Source of the DNA: a virus | Length of the DNA stretch: 64,000 nt | Virus record (IMG/VR): IMGVR_UViG_3300030098_005409 | Strand: one strand, 5' to 3' | Shown here: in pieces, positions 37,523 through 46,121 of the stretch | How the letters are laid out: each line of letters opens with the position of its first letter | Position numbering within the stretch: the stretch's first letter is position 1 | Program-made: the position numbers and the translations under genes | The notes under the pieces: generated by a model | Seen by the model: the letters and a program-made list of their open reading frames with translations, nothing else | Databases searched by the model: none | Told to the model about the DNA's origin: nothing

Positions 37523-38038
37523 CTAAGAAGGTCTTGTAATAGCTTCCTTAACTCTAAATAGACCTCTACGAGCGCGAACACACTCTGCACTTACTTGAAA
37601 TTTGTGCTCTACCTGTCCAAAGTAATATCTTGTATCATTATAGGTTTTTACTATCTCGTAAAATAAATCGCCGTATTGAATAAAATCCCCAGCGCGAACA
37701 AAAAGGTTTTGGTCTTCTACAAGGCGGCGACGGTTAAAATTAATTGTAAGCTTGGATTGATATTCATATCCATACTTTTCGTTTGTTTGTTCGTTATCAA
37801 CAATAACATACGCAAACACACGCACTGGCGGAAGTGTAACTTTATCTATTGCCTCACCGTATGTTGAGTTAAAGTTAGTATCTTCCATACTAACAGAATA
37901 ATAAGCGACTGTCTGCCCAACAACACGTTCGGCTAGCTCATCATTGACTTGTTTTACAAGATCACGTTCATTTTGCCCAAAGAACATTGGGGGTGGTGGC
38001 GCATCTGGCTGCGTCCATTTGTTCTTCGGATCAGACAC
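37523..38038 (-). CDS. Head-closure / neck protein (T4 gp14-like)
   Basis: E..LVKQVNDELAERVVGQ..YY, YGEA..K, GDFIQY..FYEIV, FGQ pattern. Confidence 0.75.
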   Translation of the reverse strand: MSDPKNKWTQPDAPPPPMFFGQNERDLVKQVNDELAERVVGQTVAYYSVSMEDTNFNSTYGEAIDKVTLPPVRVFAYVIVDNEQTNEKYGYEYQSKLTINFNRRRLVEDQNLFVRAGDFIQYGDLFYEIVKTYNDTRYYFGQVEHKFQVSAECVRARRGLFRVKEAITRPS

Positions 38039-38044
38039 GGGGCA

Positions 38045-38467
38045 CTACCCCACGTTAGCGTTAAGGGAGCCAGACCAGTTAGAGCCGGAAGGGGAGACAG
38101 CGAGATTATCAATATTATTAGTTTCAATGCCTGTTAAGCCGGCCACAACACCAAAACTAGAGACCGATCCTGTGTAATAAAGCTCTGTAACCTTCAGCTC
38201 TAGGTGGAGAGTTTGGCCGTCTGGAACGACAAAAGCATTGGTAAATTGCTGAACTCCATTCTGGGAGAACCCGCAGATCAGCTCTCCACCTCCACCGTCT
38301 GTGTTTGTCAGCTTTATCCATCTCGTTACTGATGGGAAATGAATGCTGGGTGTTATGTTGGCGGCGCCAGAAGCAGCATTATCAATAGGACCCTGGACCC
38401 ATGGTATTCCTGATACCTGATAGGATCCTACATTGCCTAGGCCGGGCTTATAATTATAAGTTGACAT
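38045..38467 (-). CDS. Hypothetical, probably virion protein
   Basis: 140 aa, GLGNVGSYQVSG; GGAG RBS; ACTATTTA upstream. Confidence 0.65.
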   Translation of the reverse strand: MSTYNYKPGLGNVGSYQVSGIPWVQGPIDNAASGAANITPSIHFPSVTRWIKLTNTDGGGGELICGFSQNGVQQFTNAFVVPDGQTLHLELKVTELYYTGSVSSFGVVAGLTGIETNNIDNLAVSPSGSNWSGSLNANVG

Positions 38468-38484
38468 CTATATCTCTCCGTTAT

Positions 38485-38492
38485 TAAATAGT
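38485..38492 (-). promoter_or_regulatory. ACTATTTA motif
   Basis: About 18 nt upstream of 38467. Confidence 0.55.
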
Positions 38493-38506
38493 AAAGTAAA
38501 ACAAGA

Positions 38507-38728
38507 TTACCTAAACAATTTCTCTTGTTCTTTTCTCACACGCTTTTGTTGTTCGCGAATTGCTTTCTGTTTTTTCATTCGCTTGGCAACAGAAGGCTTG
38601 ACATAATAATCAGTTTTTTCTCTATACTCCCGAACAACTCCCTGTTTTTTACACTTACGGTTGAACCTTCTAATTAACTTTTCGTCGGATTCATTTCGTC
38701 TTTTGGTTACTCTAACATTAACGGGCAT
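38507..38728 (-). CDS. rpsU: Ribosomal protein bS21
   Basis: VRV..RNES.EKLIRRF.RK..KQGV..EYR....YVKPS..KR.KKQKA.R; 73 aa, very basic. Confidence 0.88.
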   Translation of the reverse strand: MPVNVRVTKRRNESDEKLIRRFNRKCKKQGVVREYREKTDYYVKPSVAKRMKKQKAIREQQKRVRKEQEKLFR

Positions 38729-38732
38729 CTTA

Positions 38733-39188
38733 TTACTCTCTTTCTTTCATTTCGTTCATGTGGGCATTCCAATTGCGTCCCACGGCGCCGAAAAGATTGC
38801 TAATATCAACCCCGGGGTCGGACGGAGATTGACCAGACATGGGGGATGCCTGTGAGGTTGAAGTTGGGGTTGCCTGGGCAGGCGCAGGGGTTGTGCCCTC
38901 AAACAAGTCAACACCGTTATACGCCCCGCCACCTATGGCAGCCATTAGCTTCTTTTTATGTTGTTTAAGTTTGCCCGACTGCTCTTTACTAAAAGCATTT
39001 GCTTTCATTCTTTCCATGGTGGGATCAACTTTCGGTTCTGGGGCCTTGGCTTCTACTAAGGTTTGTGAGGACATACCCTTAACAACCTCGGCAATGATAC
39101 CTGAGATCAACCCGTCTTCAAGAAGTGATTCTTTGATGCACTCTTGAACAATGGGCTTGATTAGTTTCTTAAACTCTGACTTTTTCAT
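38733..39188 (-). CDS. Hypothetical protein (head region)
   Basis: 151 aa, MKKSEFKKLIKPIVQECIKESLLE N-terminus. Confidence 0.7.
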   Translation of the reverse strand: MKKSEFKKLIKPIVQECIKESLLEDGLISGIIAEVVKGMSSQTLVEAKAPEPKVDPTMERMKANAFSKEQSGKLKQHKKKLMAAIGGGAYNGVDLFEGTTPAPAQATPTSTSQASPMSGQSPSDPGVDISNLFGAVGRNWNAHMNEMKERE

Positions 39189-40279
39189 TTTATACCTGCT
39201 AATACTTTCATTCTTTTAATTTGTTTGTGTTCTGTAAGGCGATTTCTCTTTGCCAATATGTCCTTGGCGACGGCTAGTATCTTCTGCTCAGCATTTCTGA
39301 GGACCTCCATGTCGTAGTTGACCTCCGCCCATGCGGCGCGCTGATCATCGAGCAGTTCCTGCCGAGCCTCATAAGTCTCGTGGGGGCTCAACCCGTAGAT
39401 TCGGCCATAACTGTCATAGAGATGATTGAGGACTTCGATGGGCGCACTTATGGTACCGAACGTAAGGTCGTCCTTCTCAACGGAAGAGAAAAATTCCTCT
39501 AGAGTCTCGTCGTCCAAGGATAAGAAAAACTTTTCAAAGTCGACTGGCTCTTCTTCAGGGTCTGCTACGGTGAGAATCGAGGGTATGTCCTCCTCCTCAT
39601 CTTCGGGGTCCGGAGCAGCCACTGGCTCTGCTGCAATGGTGTCTGTTTGGTCTTCCTCATCTTCAGGATCCGGAGCAGCTACCGGTTTTGTTACAATAGT
39701 TGCTGTCTGGTCTTCTTGATCCGGATCCGGGCCCCGGACTGGTTCTGCTACAATGGTATCTGTTTGATCTTCTTCATCTGGAGCAGCCACTGGCTCTGTT
39801 ACAATGGTATCTGTTTGATCTTCATCTGGTTCGGGATCAGCTACGGTGAGGATCGAGGGAATGTTATCGGCTATACTTTTAACAACCGGACTAATATCCA
39901 AGGCACTACGGTTGAACAATCCTAATAATTGTTTAAAAACTTTAGGACTCTTTTGTGCTATAGTATCTAAAAATACTTTGAGCTTAGGAGCATTTTGGTG
40001 CGTGACGACCACATCTTCCTCACCAGTAAAAAGGCGCTCATTTTCTTTAACAACAAAACCTTCGTCTTCAAGAACGCCTGTAAGTTCATCTACAATAGCT
40101 TCGCGCTGCGACGGCGTAAGTTCTGCTCCGGATCTTTTAGACGCGTCGTCAAGTCCCTTAATGATGGTTGCCAACTCAGAAGCTGGATATTCTTTGGTTG
40201 GTTCTTTCTTGCCGAAACCAAAGATTTCATTAACTTCTTCTTTAATAATTTTTTGCAATTCTTCTTTTGAGATTTGCAT
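39185..40279 (-). CDS. Acidic repeat protein, candidate prohead core / internal head protein
   Basis: N-terminus MQISKEELQKIIKEEVNE; C-terminus RMKVLAGIK like the scaffold; internal repeats. Confidence 0.65.
   Translation of the reverse strand: MQISKEELQKIIKEEVNEIFGFGKKEPTKEYPASELATIIKGLDDASKRSGAELTPSQREAIVDELTGVLEDEGFVVKENERLFTGEEDVVVTHQNAPKLKVFLDTIAQKSPKVFKQLLGLFNRSALDISPVVKSIADNIPSILTVADPEPDEDQTDTIVTEPVAAPDEEDQTDTIVAEPVRGPDPDQEDQTATIVTKPVAAPDPEDEEDQTDTIAAEPVAAPDPEDEEEDIPSILTVADPEEEPVDFEKFFLSLDDETLEEFFSSVEKDDLTFGTISAPIEVLNHLYDSYGRIYGLSPHETYEARQELLDDQRAAWAEVNYDMEVLRNAEQKILAVAKDILAKRNRLTEHKQIKRMKVLAGIK
39548..39862 (-). repeat. In-frame tandem repeat (about 4x (E)DQTDTIV.EPVAAPD) bracketed by two IPSILTVADPE copies
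   Basis: Visible in both protein and DNA. Confidence 0.85.
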
Positions 40280-40281
40280 TT

Positions 40282-40881
40282 TTAGTCCCCAGTAATCTCA
40301 TTCATAAGATTAATAATTTTGTTGTTCTTTTGAACTTGTTCGTTCATTAGCTTGCCTTCTGACAAAGCCATAAAAGCATTTGGAGTTGAAGGCTCGGACA
40401 CAATGTCAAAACAAATCAACTGAAAGTCGTCTTCAACGATGGTCTTTCCCATTCTCTCGCTCACGGATCCCATGCCGCGGGATGAGATGCCAATCTTAAC
40501 ACCCGAATCAACCAGAGCGCGCAGAATCTGTCCTGATGGGGTGTCAAGAACTTTGCACTTACCCATTACTGATGGTCCATCCATCCATACCTCTGTGATC
40601 ATGTGTGACACGTTTGCGAGGTTGATAATCGATGAATCAGGGTGATCCAACTCACCAAGCGCGCGACGATCGTCAACAATATCTTTATATCTCTTTACCT
40701 CTCGCTGCAAAACCGGAAGCGGGTACACACGGCCATTTCCGTTTTGAACCTCAGCTTCCTGTAATTTGCCGGTTAGCATCATGCCACCGTCACGGACAAA
40801 TCTCTTTTCCGCTTCAGTTAGAAGGTCCTGGCAGACGCCACCTTCGCATAGTTCATAGAACTCTCGTAATAGTTTAGCCAC
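40282..40881 (-). CDS. Prohead maturation protease (T4 gp21-like)
   Basis: QNGNGRVYP, ALGELDHP, SHMITEVW, GISSRGMGS, FDIVSEPSTPNA. Confidence 0.95.
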   Translation of the reverse strand: MAKLLREFYELCEGGVCQDLLTEAEKRFVRDGGMMLTGKLQEAEVQNGNGRVYPLPVLQREVKRYKDIVDDRRALGELDHPDSSIINLANVSHMITEVWMDGPSVMGKCKVLDTPSGQILRALVDSGVKIGISSRGMGSVSERMGKTIVEDDFQLICFDIVSEPSTPNAFMALSEGKLMNEQVQKNNKIINLMNEITGD

Positions 40882-40884
40882 TGT

Positions 40885-41700
40885 TTACTCTTCGCTGTCC
40901 TGCTCTCTGAGCTTTCCGGATCTGCCTGCAAAGCCAGAAGAGGCTGAAGCCACATTTCCAACCCGCTTGTCCTTGTAGCCCATGCGTTCCTGATCTTTGT
41001 CGTATTGTTTTGACTTAAATTTAGCGTCACGCTCTTGTGCTGCGCGGCGCTTCTCATCTGGTGTCAGGCGCATGCTGTCTCGATATCGGCGCTCGCTCTC
41101 GCGGGCGCGACGGGCCATGGCCTCCGGTGAGCGTTCTTTCTCTCGGGCTGCGGCCTGGGCTTTGTCCATTTCCGCTCCTCTCTTCAAGCGCGCTGCGCGG
41201 CGAGCAGCGATCTTGGCTTCTTCTGCTTCGTACTCCTTGCGCTCCGCATCAGCTTGCTTACGGTACTCACGAGTCTTTCCAAGCTTGCGTCCCTTGGTGA
41301 TGTCCTTAAACGTGTCCTTTGCTCCCTGAACGAAGTCTTTGAATCCCTCTTCGATCTCTTGTTTTTGGGTCCATGCTGCCCAAATCTCTGGGTGGTCTTG
41401 CTTAAGAAACTGATGAATATCTTGTTTGCCCGGAGGATTCGTGGCAACGTTGGATCGGTCGATTGTACGCGGATCTCGCGAGTGTGCCCTAGGGTCTTTC
41501 TCAAACGCGAGACGCTCTTCACCAGACGCGTCAAGATCTGCGGCATCGAGTTCTTTCGCGCGGAGGCGTCCCGAATCATCGTAGGAGAAAATTCCCTCTT
41601 CAAGATCCTCTTCAAGTTGGGAACCATCATCATTGCGATTCACTGTCTCGTTCAAGAAATACCTTGGGTCTATTCGTTTTACATTTTTTCTGCGTGTCAT
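40885..41700 (-). CDS. Hypothetical charged protein, candidate internal head protein
   Basis: FLNE, LEEG and IEEG sites; Arg/Lys/Ala-rich C-terminal half. Confidence 0.65.
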   Translation of the reverse strand: MTRRKNVKRIDPRYFLNETVNRNDDGSQLEEDLEEGIFSYDDSGRLRAKELDAADLDASGEERLAFEKDPRAHSRDPRTIDRSNVATNPPGKQDIHQFLKQDHPEIWAAWTQKQEIEEGFKDFVQGAKDTFKDITKGRKLGKTREYRKQADAERKEYEAEEAKIAARRAARLKRGAEMDKAQAAAREKERSPEAMARRARESERRYRDSMRLTPDEKRRAAQERDAKFKSKQYDKDQERMGYKDKRVGNVASASSGFAGRSGKLREQDSEE

Positions 41701-41724
41701 TGTTTTGGTTCCCTTAAGTTTAAA

Positions 41725-41753
41725 AAGTTTAACGTGGGGGCTTTCGCCCCCAC
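41725..41753 (-). terminator. Intrinsic terminator with GAAA tetraloop
   Basis: CGTGGGGGC-GAAA-GCCCCCACG followed by TTAAACTTTTT. Confidence 0.7.
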
Positions 41754-41759
41754 GGATAG

Positions 41760-41810
41760 TCAGCTACCGGAGCAGCAGCGGCGCACGGGCTGGATTTGCC
41801 ACTTTTTCAT
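41760..41810 (-). CDS. 16-aa micropeptide MKKWQIQPVRRCCSGS; not in track
   Basis: GGAGGTG RBS; ATGA overlap with the upstream stop; terminator directly after. Confidence 0.6.
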   Translation of the reverse strand: MKKWQIQPVRRCCSGS

Positions 41811-42124
41811 GATTCACCTCCCTTATGGACCAGTTTGATCCCGAAATCATTTACCAACATACTCAAAAAGTATGAAGTTCCAGCACTAATACACCCATAT
41901 AGAAATGCATCTACGAGCGTATAGTCAAAGTTAAATAGTTCTGTATAAGGACTTATGCCCCACAGAAACACTCCAACCCAAAATCCCATACACAGATGGC
42001 AGTGGAACAAACGACCAAATCCCCACATTGATTTGCAGGGTGGTCGGATCTTATTAAAGATGTGTCCGTGAATAATAATAAAAGTCATGCCGTAAGCGGC
42101 AAGTATAAAATGTAGTAGTTCCAT
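41807..42124 (-). CDS. Small multi-pass membrane protein with C-x2-C (DUF1360-like)
   Basis: Three hydrophobic segments; LFHCHLCMGFWVG. Confidence 0.6.
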   Translation of the reverse strand: MELLHFILAAYGMTFIIIHGHIFNKIRPPCKSMWGFGRLFHCHLCMGFWVGVFLWGISPYTELFNFDYTLVDAFLYGCISAGTSYFLSMLVNDFGIKLVHKGGES

Positions 42125-42127
42125 TAT

Positions 42128-42847
42128 TTAAAGCTGCTTTCCGATTGCTGCGCCGGCTTGCTTCTTTCTTGCAGCTTTTTTGATCGCTTTAAAATCTGCT
42201 GAGGTGCCACTTCCAGCAATCCCCGGAGCAGTATGTCCGGTCAGTTGGCGTCCATATTCCGATTCTAAAAATTTAACAAGATTTAAATTAACATCTAAAT
42301 CAGCTGCTTCTACCTCTTCGTCATCAGGCTTTGCATCTATTTGCGAAAGCCACCATTTTAGATATTCTTCTTCAATCCTATCATCAATTATTTCTGCGTA
42401 TTTAGGATCCAGATTAAAAAGATCAAGGAAAGGAACTTTATCAGTTTTCTCCGTGGGCTCTCCTCTTAATTTATTAAAAAGCTTTTTACCAAGACCAACA
42501 AGCTTAACGCCCGAACTAACAGCGCCCAAAGCGCTAAGGACGTGGGGGGCGGCGCCGATGAGCGCCCCAATAGTTAGCAGTTCCTCCGACAATAAAAATT
42601 TCTCTTTTTCTTCCCCTTCGCTGACAGCCGAAGCAACAGCTTTAGCTATATCTTTAGCAATTCCACTATCAACAACACCAAGTATACCAGATGCAGCCGC
42701 GAGTGCATCACCAGTAAGACCTTGTTTGATTCCCGTCATTAGCTTTAAAATACTTTTTAAAAGTCCGTATGTTACAGGATCATTTCCAGAGATCTCATTT
42801 AATTGGAAGTTACGCCAGTTCTCCATTATAAGTTTCATATCAGACAT
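42128..42847 (-). CDS. Hypothetical, MKLIMENW-type N-terminus (candidate head protein)
   Basis: N-terminus shared with 53752-54834. Confidence 0.65.
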   Translation of the reverse strand: MSDMKLIMENWRNFQLNEISGNDPVTYGLLKSILKLMTGIKQGLTGDALAAASGILGVVDSGIAKDIAKAVASAVSEGEEKEKFLLSEELLTIGALIGAAPHVLSALGAVSSGVKLVGLGKKLFNKLRGEPTEKTDKVPFLDLFNLDPKYAEIIDDRIEEEYLKWWLSQIDAKPDDEEVEAADLDVNLNLVKFLESEYGRQLTGHTAPGIAGSGTSADFKAIKKAARKKQAGAAIGKQL

Positions 42848-42850
42848 AAC

Positions 42851-43357
42851 TTAGTACCGGTTGCGTAGTGGGTAATAGTAGTAGCCAGGACGCATAGAGC
42901 CCTTCTCGGCATACTGTGGGACCTCGCCGTATTCGGTGGAGTCGCGGTCGGACGGATGCGTATACATATCTTCCAACTCTTTCTCGTACTCGTCGGCAAT
43001 GCGCTCGTGCTCTGCCTCGTATTGAATAAACTCAGCGATTACATAAGTGGCTGCCTGTAAAGGATTAATCTCATCGTTTTCAAAAATCTTTCCCTCTAAT
43101 GAGCGAAATACATTTCCACCCTGAATGCTGGAACGATCAATAATTCCTTTATCTGCCAGCAACTCTAGTAGACGATCCTGATAATCATAGACATCATCTG
43201 AGATGGTTGTCTTGGGCATCGTTGTAATTTTCATTTGCTTCGGCATCACAGCAATGTCGATCTTGTTGTGATCCATAATAAGAAGCGAACCATCAAGCGC
43301 TTTGCGCGCTTTAAGTTCTACTGTGGCCTGTGGGCCGCCGATCTTAATGCTAATCAT
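42851..43357 (-). CDS. Hypothetical protein (head cluster)
   Basis: 168 aa, coupled to neighbours. Confidence 0.7.
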   Translation of the reverse strand: MISIKIGGPQATVELKARKALDGSLLIMDHNKIDIAVMPKQMKITTMPKTTISDDVYDYQDRLLELLADKGIIDRSSIQGGNVFRSLEGKIFENDEINPLQAATYVIAEFIQYEAEHERIADEYEKELEDMYTHPSDRDSTEYGEVPQYAEKGSMRPGYYYYPLRNRY

Positions 43358-44162
43358 TTTGAGTTAATTCCTGTACAAGCTCTTGTGTCTTAAGAATCTT
43401 GTTTAGATCTTTATCCGCAAACTCGCGCTTACGGAACTCTTCAAGATATTCAGATACTTCACTTAGTTTTTGCGAAATGAAGGGCTCGTCTGTATTTTGA
43501 CTCGCGTCACTAATTAAGCCCTTAAGCCTTTCCAATTCTTCGTTCAAGTAAATACGAAGCTCAAACCCATCATCTGCAAAGCTTGTGATATACTGATTGA
43601 GCAGATCTTTCTGCTCCTTGAGGAGATTTGTGTACTTTTCATTAAACTTCTTAATAAAAGAGTTATAGGTAAGATTATCTAGAGAATCCATCTTGTTTGA
43701 CTCGGCAAGTGTTTGCTCGGCACTCATCGCATCAACGATTGACTGTTCAAACAGAACTTTGCTTTTTACAGGAGTCTTGGTGTTAAAAATAGCATTGATG
43801 GAGGCAAGTGATTTAAAATTCGGGACAAAGTTAGACCAGACATCTTTGCCTAGTTGTTTGTTCATTGCAGCAATCATTTGTGACTGAGCATCGAATACCT
43901 CACCGGAGTCCAGCTTAGAATAAGCAAGCTTTGTTTCCTGAAGCATTCTTTCAGCTACGCTAGCCTGAATGTTTCTCGTCTCAAGCAAAGTCTTGTAGAG
44001 AGTAAGTTCTTTGGCGAGAGTTGTATCGTTGCCAAAACCTTCCTTGATAATCTCAAGAACAACTTTCTTTTTGTTGTCGTTCTTATCAACGATTGCCTTT
44101 GTCAGTTCTCTTGTAAGCGTTTCATAAATAAAGGCTGTATTTCTTTTTTTATTATGCTTCAT
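43350..44162 (-). CDS. Hypothetical protein downstream of the portal gene
   Basis: 270 aa, helical; overlaps the portal stop. Confidence 0.7.
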   Translation of the reverse strand: MKHNKKRNTAFIYETLTRELTKAIVDKNDNKKKVVLEIIKEGFGNDTTLAKELTLYKTLLETRNIQASVAERMLQETKLAYSKLDSGEVFDAQSQMIAAMNKQLGKDVWSNFVPNFKSLASINAIFNTKTPVKSKVLFEQSIVDAMSAEQTLAESNKMDSLDNLTYNSFIKKFNEKYTNLLKEQKDLLNQYITSFADDGFELRIYLNEELERLKGLISDASQNTDEPFISQKLSEVSEYLEEFRKREFADKDLNKILKTQELVQELTQND

Positions 44163-46113
44163 TTTTGTCTTCCTCTTTATTTTCCATTTGCTCTACTAAC
44201 ATACGAACTTTATTGGTGTTCTCAAAAAGTGTCTTCTCATCCTTAGTATAAGTAGGTTTGACATTCTCTTCTAGACCAACAAGCGATCTAAAGTCAGGAA
44301 CCCCTACCTTACCGGGATGTACAGTTCTGGAGGTCGTGCCCATCTCAGGTCCGCGAACCATGCGCTTTAATTCTCTTTTCATCGGTCCCTGGGAGTGTCT
44401 CGTTGAGGATCCTCTTCTTTTGTCGACATCGACAGGCTTGTAGGGGGCTCCCTCGTGTCTTGTGGGCTTGTCTTCTCTACGGCCCGGGGTTGCCAATAAA
44501 ACATCATCCTCGCCGCCTCCAGCGCCTGCATCGGCGCCTCCAAGATCGTCACCGCCCAAGTCCAAATCACCGCCGAGATCACCGCCGAGATCACCGCCTA
44601 GGTCGCCTCCAAGATCTCCACCGAGATCTCCTTCTTCACCGCCAAGCTCGGCGCCTTCGTCAACAACGCCTTCTAGGGCTTGCTGGTATTTGCGATCATA
44701 AAAAGTCTCACGCTGGTTGCGTAGGAACTCAGAGTCCGACATTCCAAGAATGTTGGAAGCAACCCAGCGCTTTGAGAATGTGCCTTCAGGAACTGACGTA
44801 GCAGTCTCAAACTTTGTCTTCATATACTCAAGCTGCTGTAGCTCGGCAAGACGTGAAGGATTATTCAAAGTAATCTTAAATCCTAAAAGGTCTTGACCTC
44901 TGAAGCCTAATGTGTAAAGATGCACTATCGCCATCTTCTCCAATTCGGAAACCAACGATCTTTGAAGTCTATGAATAGTTCTTGCAAAACGGATATCCTT
45001 CTGTGCTAGGGTAGTCTTATCTTCTGTGCCACCTTCAAGGTTAGTAAGATAAGACTGTGGAATCTTGATTGCTGCGAACAACTTATCGCGAAGATACTTA
45101 ACGTCCTCAATGTCGTCCAAAGACTTGGCGCCAGGAAGTGATGTGATCTCCGATCCAACGCCACCACGCATCGGAATAAAGTAATCTTCTTCAAGAGATA
45201 GCGGATTGTAGCGAAGATCCACCCGACCAGTCGTAGCATTAACAAGAGAGTTACGCTTCATCTCCGACTTGACTTTTTCCATATATTGTGGTATGTCTTG
45301 TGGCGGAATGTTGCCGACGTCAATCTTAAATACTCGACGCTCTGGCGCACGAACAACACGATAAGCAATCATCGCGTCTTCTAGAAGTGTAAGCTGTCGC
45401 CAGATGCGTCGAGCAGGATCGAGCACGGATGTACCGTATGGGCTATACTTATCGTTGCCAAGAATGCGGAAGTGTGCTACCTGCCAATTCTCGAAAGTCA
45501 TTCCAGCGCCGTTCCACTGATACTGAACGTAGTTTGGATTAGTCTGATCCTGTCCCTCCAGTCTTTCAACCTCATTGTTTGGCATACCAATAAGAGATGT
45601 AATGCCGAGCTTGTCGTCAATATCCATATACAAGAAGAAGTCTCCGTACTTACACATTGAACGAGCCCACCCAAAGCAGTTAAATTCAATGTTAAGAACG
45701 TCATAAAAGAGTGATTCTAGAATTGTTTTGATTTCATGGTTAAGGCAGTCAATGTTCAGAAGACGATCGTACTCGTTTGATGTGGTCATCTCGTCGGCAT
45801 AGATATCAAGAGCAGTAGCAATCTCAGGCATGTACTCCATCTGCTCAAAGTCGATATATCTTTCAGCGCGATTCTGATTACGGAAAGCTGCTGATGTAAA
45901 AAGGTTGTAGTTCTGAGACATGTTTGAATCGTGTCTCTTGAACTCCTGTCCTGACATTGAGCGGAAACGATAGCGATACTTATCTAGATCTGCCCTTCTT
46001 TCCTGCCTACCGACTTGTGTGCGGTAGTTAACGACCGGGCCAGATAAGAGTCTGGTTAGTCTTTTGAACAGCGGTGACGCTGGATTTCTTGGGTTGTTAT
46101 CGTTCTTAGCCAT
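44152..46113 (-). CDS. Portal protein (T4 gp20-like)
   Basis: PEIATALDIYADE, LLEDAMIAYRVVRAPERRVFKIDVGN, EDYFIP.RGG.GSEITSLPG, IPQSYL. Confidence 0.95.
   Translation of the reverse strand: MAKNDNNPRNPASPLFKRLTRLLSGPVVNYRTQVGRQERRADLDKYRYRFRSMSGQEFKRHDSNMSQNYNLFTSAAFRNQNRAERYIDFEQMEYMPEIATALDIYADEMTTSNEYDRLLNIDCLNHEIKTILESLFYDVLNIEFNCFGWARSMCKYGDFFLYMDIDDKLGITSLIGMPNNEVERLEGQDQTNPNYVQYQWNGAGMTFENWQVAHFRILGNDKYSPYGTSVLDPARRIWRQLTLLEDAMIAYRVVRAPERRVFKIDVGNIPPQDIPQYMEKVKSEMKRNSLVNATTGRVDLRYNPLSLEEDYFIPMRGGVGSEITSLPGAKSLDDIEDVKYLRDKLFAAIKIPQSYLTNLEGGTEDKTTLAQKDIRFARTIHRLQRSLVSELEKMAIVHLYTLGFRGQDLLGFKITLNNPSRLAELQQLEYMKTKFETATSVPEGTFSKRWVASNILGMSDSEFLRNQRETFYDRKYQQALEGVVDEGAELGGEEGDLGGDLGGDLGGDLGGDLGGDLDLGGDDLGGADAGAGGGEDDVLLATPGRREDKPTRHEGAPYKPVDVDKRRGSSTRHSQGPMKRELKRMVRGPEMGTTSRTVHPGKVGVPDFRSLVGLEENVKPTYTKDEKTLFENTNKVRMLVEQMENKEEDKNEA
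44537..44645 (-). repeat. GGDL tandem repeats in the portal C-terminal tail
   Basis: GDLGGDLGGDLGGDLGGDLDLGGDDLGG. Confidence 0.85.
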
Positions 46114-46121
46114 GTTTTATC

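Noticed and set aside
41733-41762. UGA of the 16-aa peptide plus adjacent hairpin as a selenocysteine/SECIS signal
   Set aside because: The hairpin is a GC-rich GAAA-tetraloop stem with a following T-tract, i.e. terminator-like, and read-through gives only a short featureless extension.
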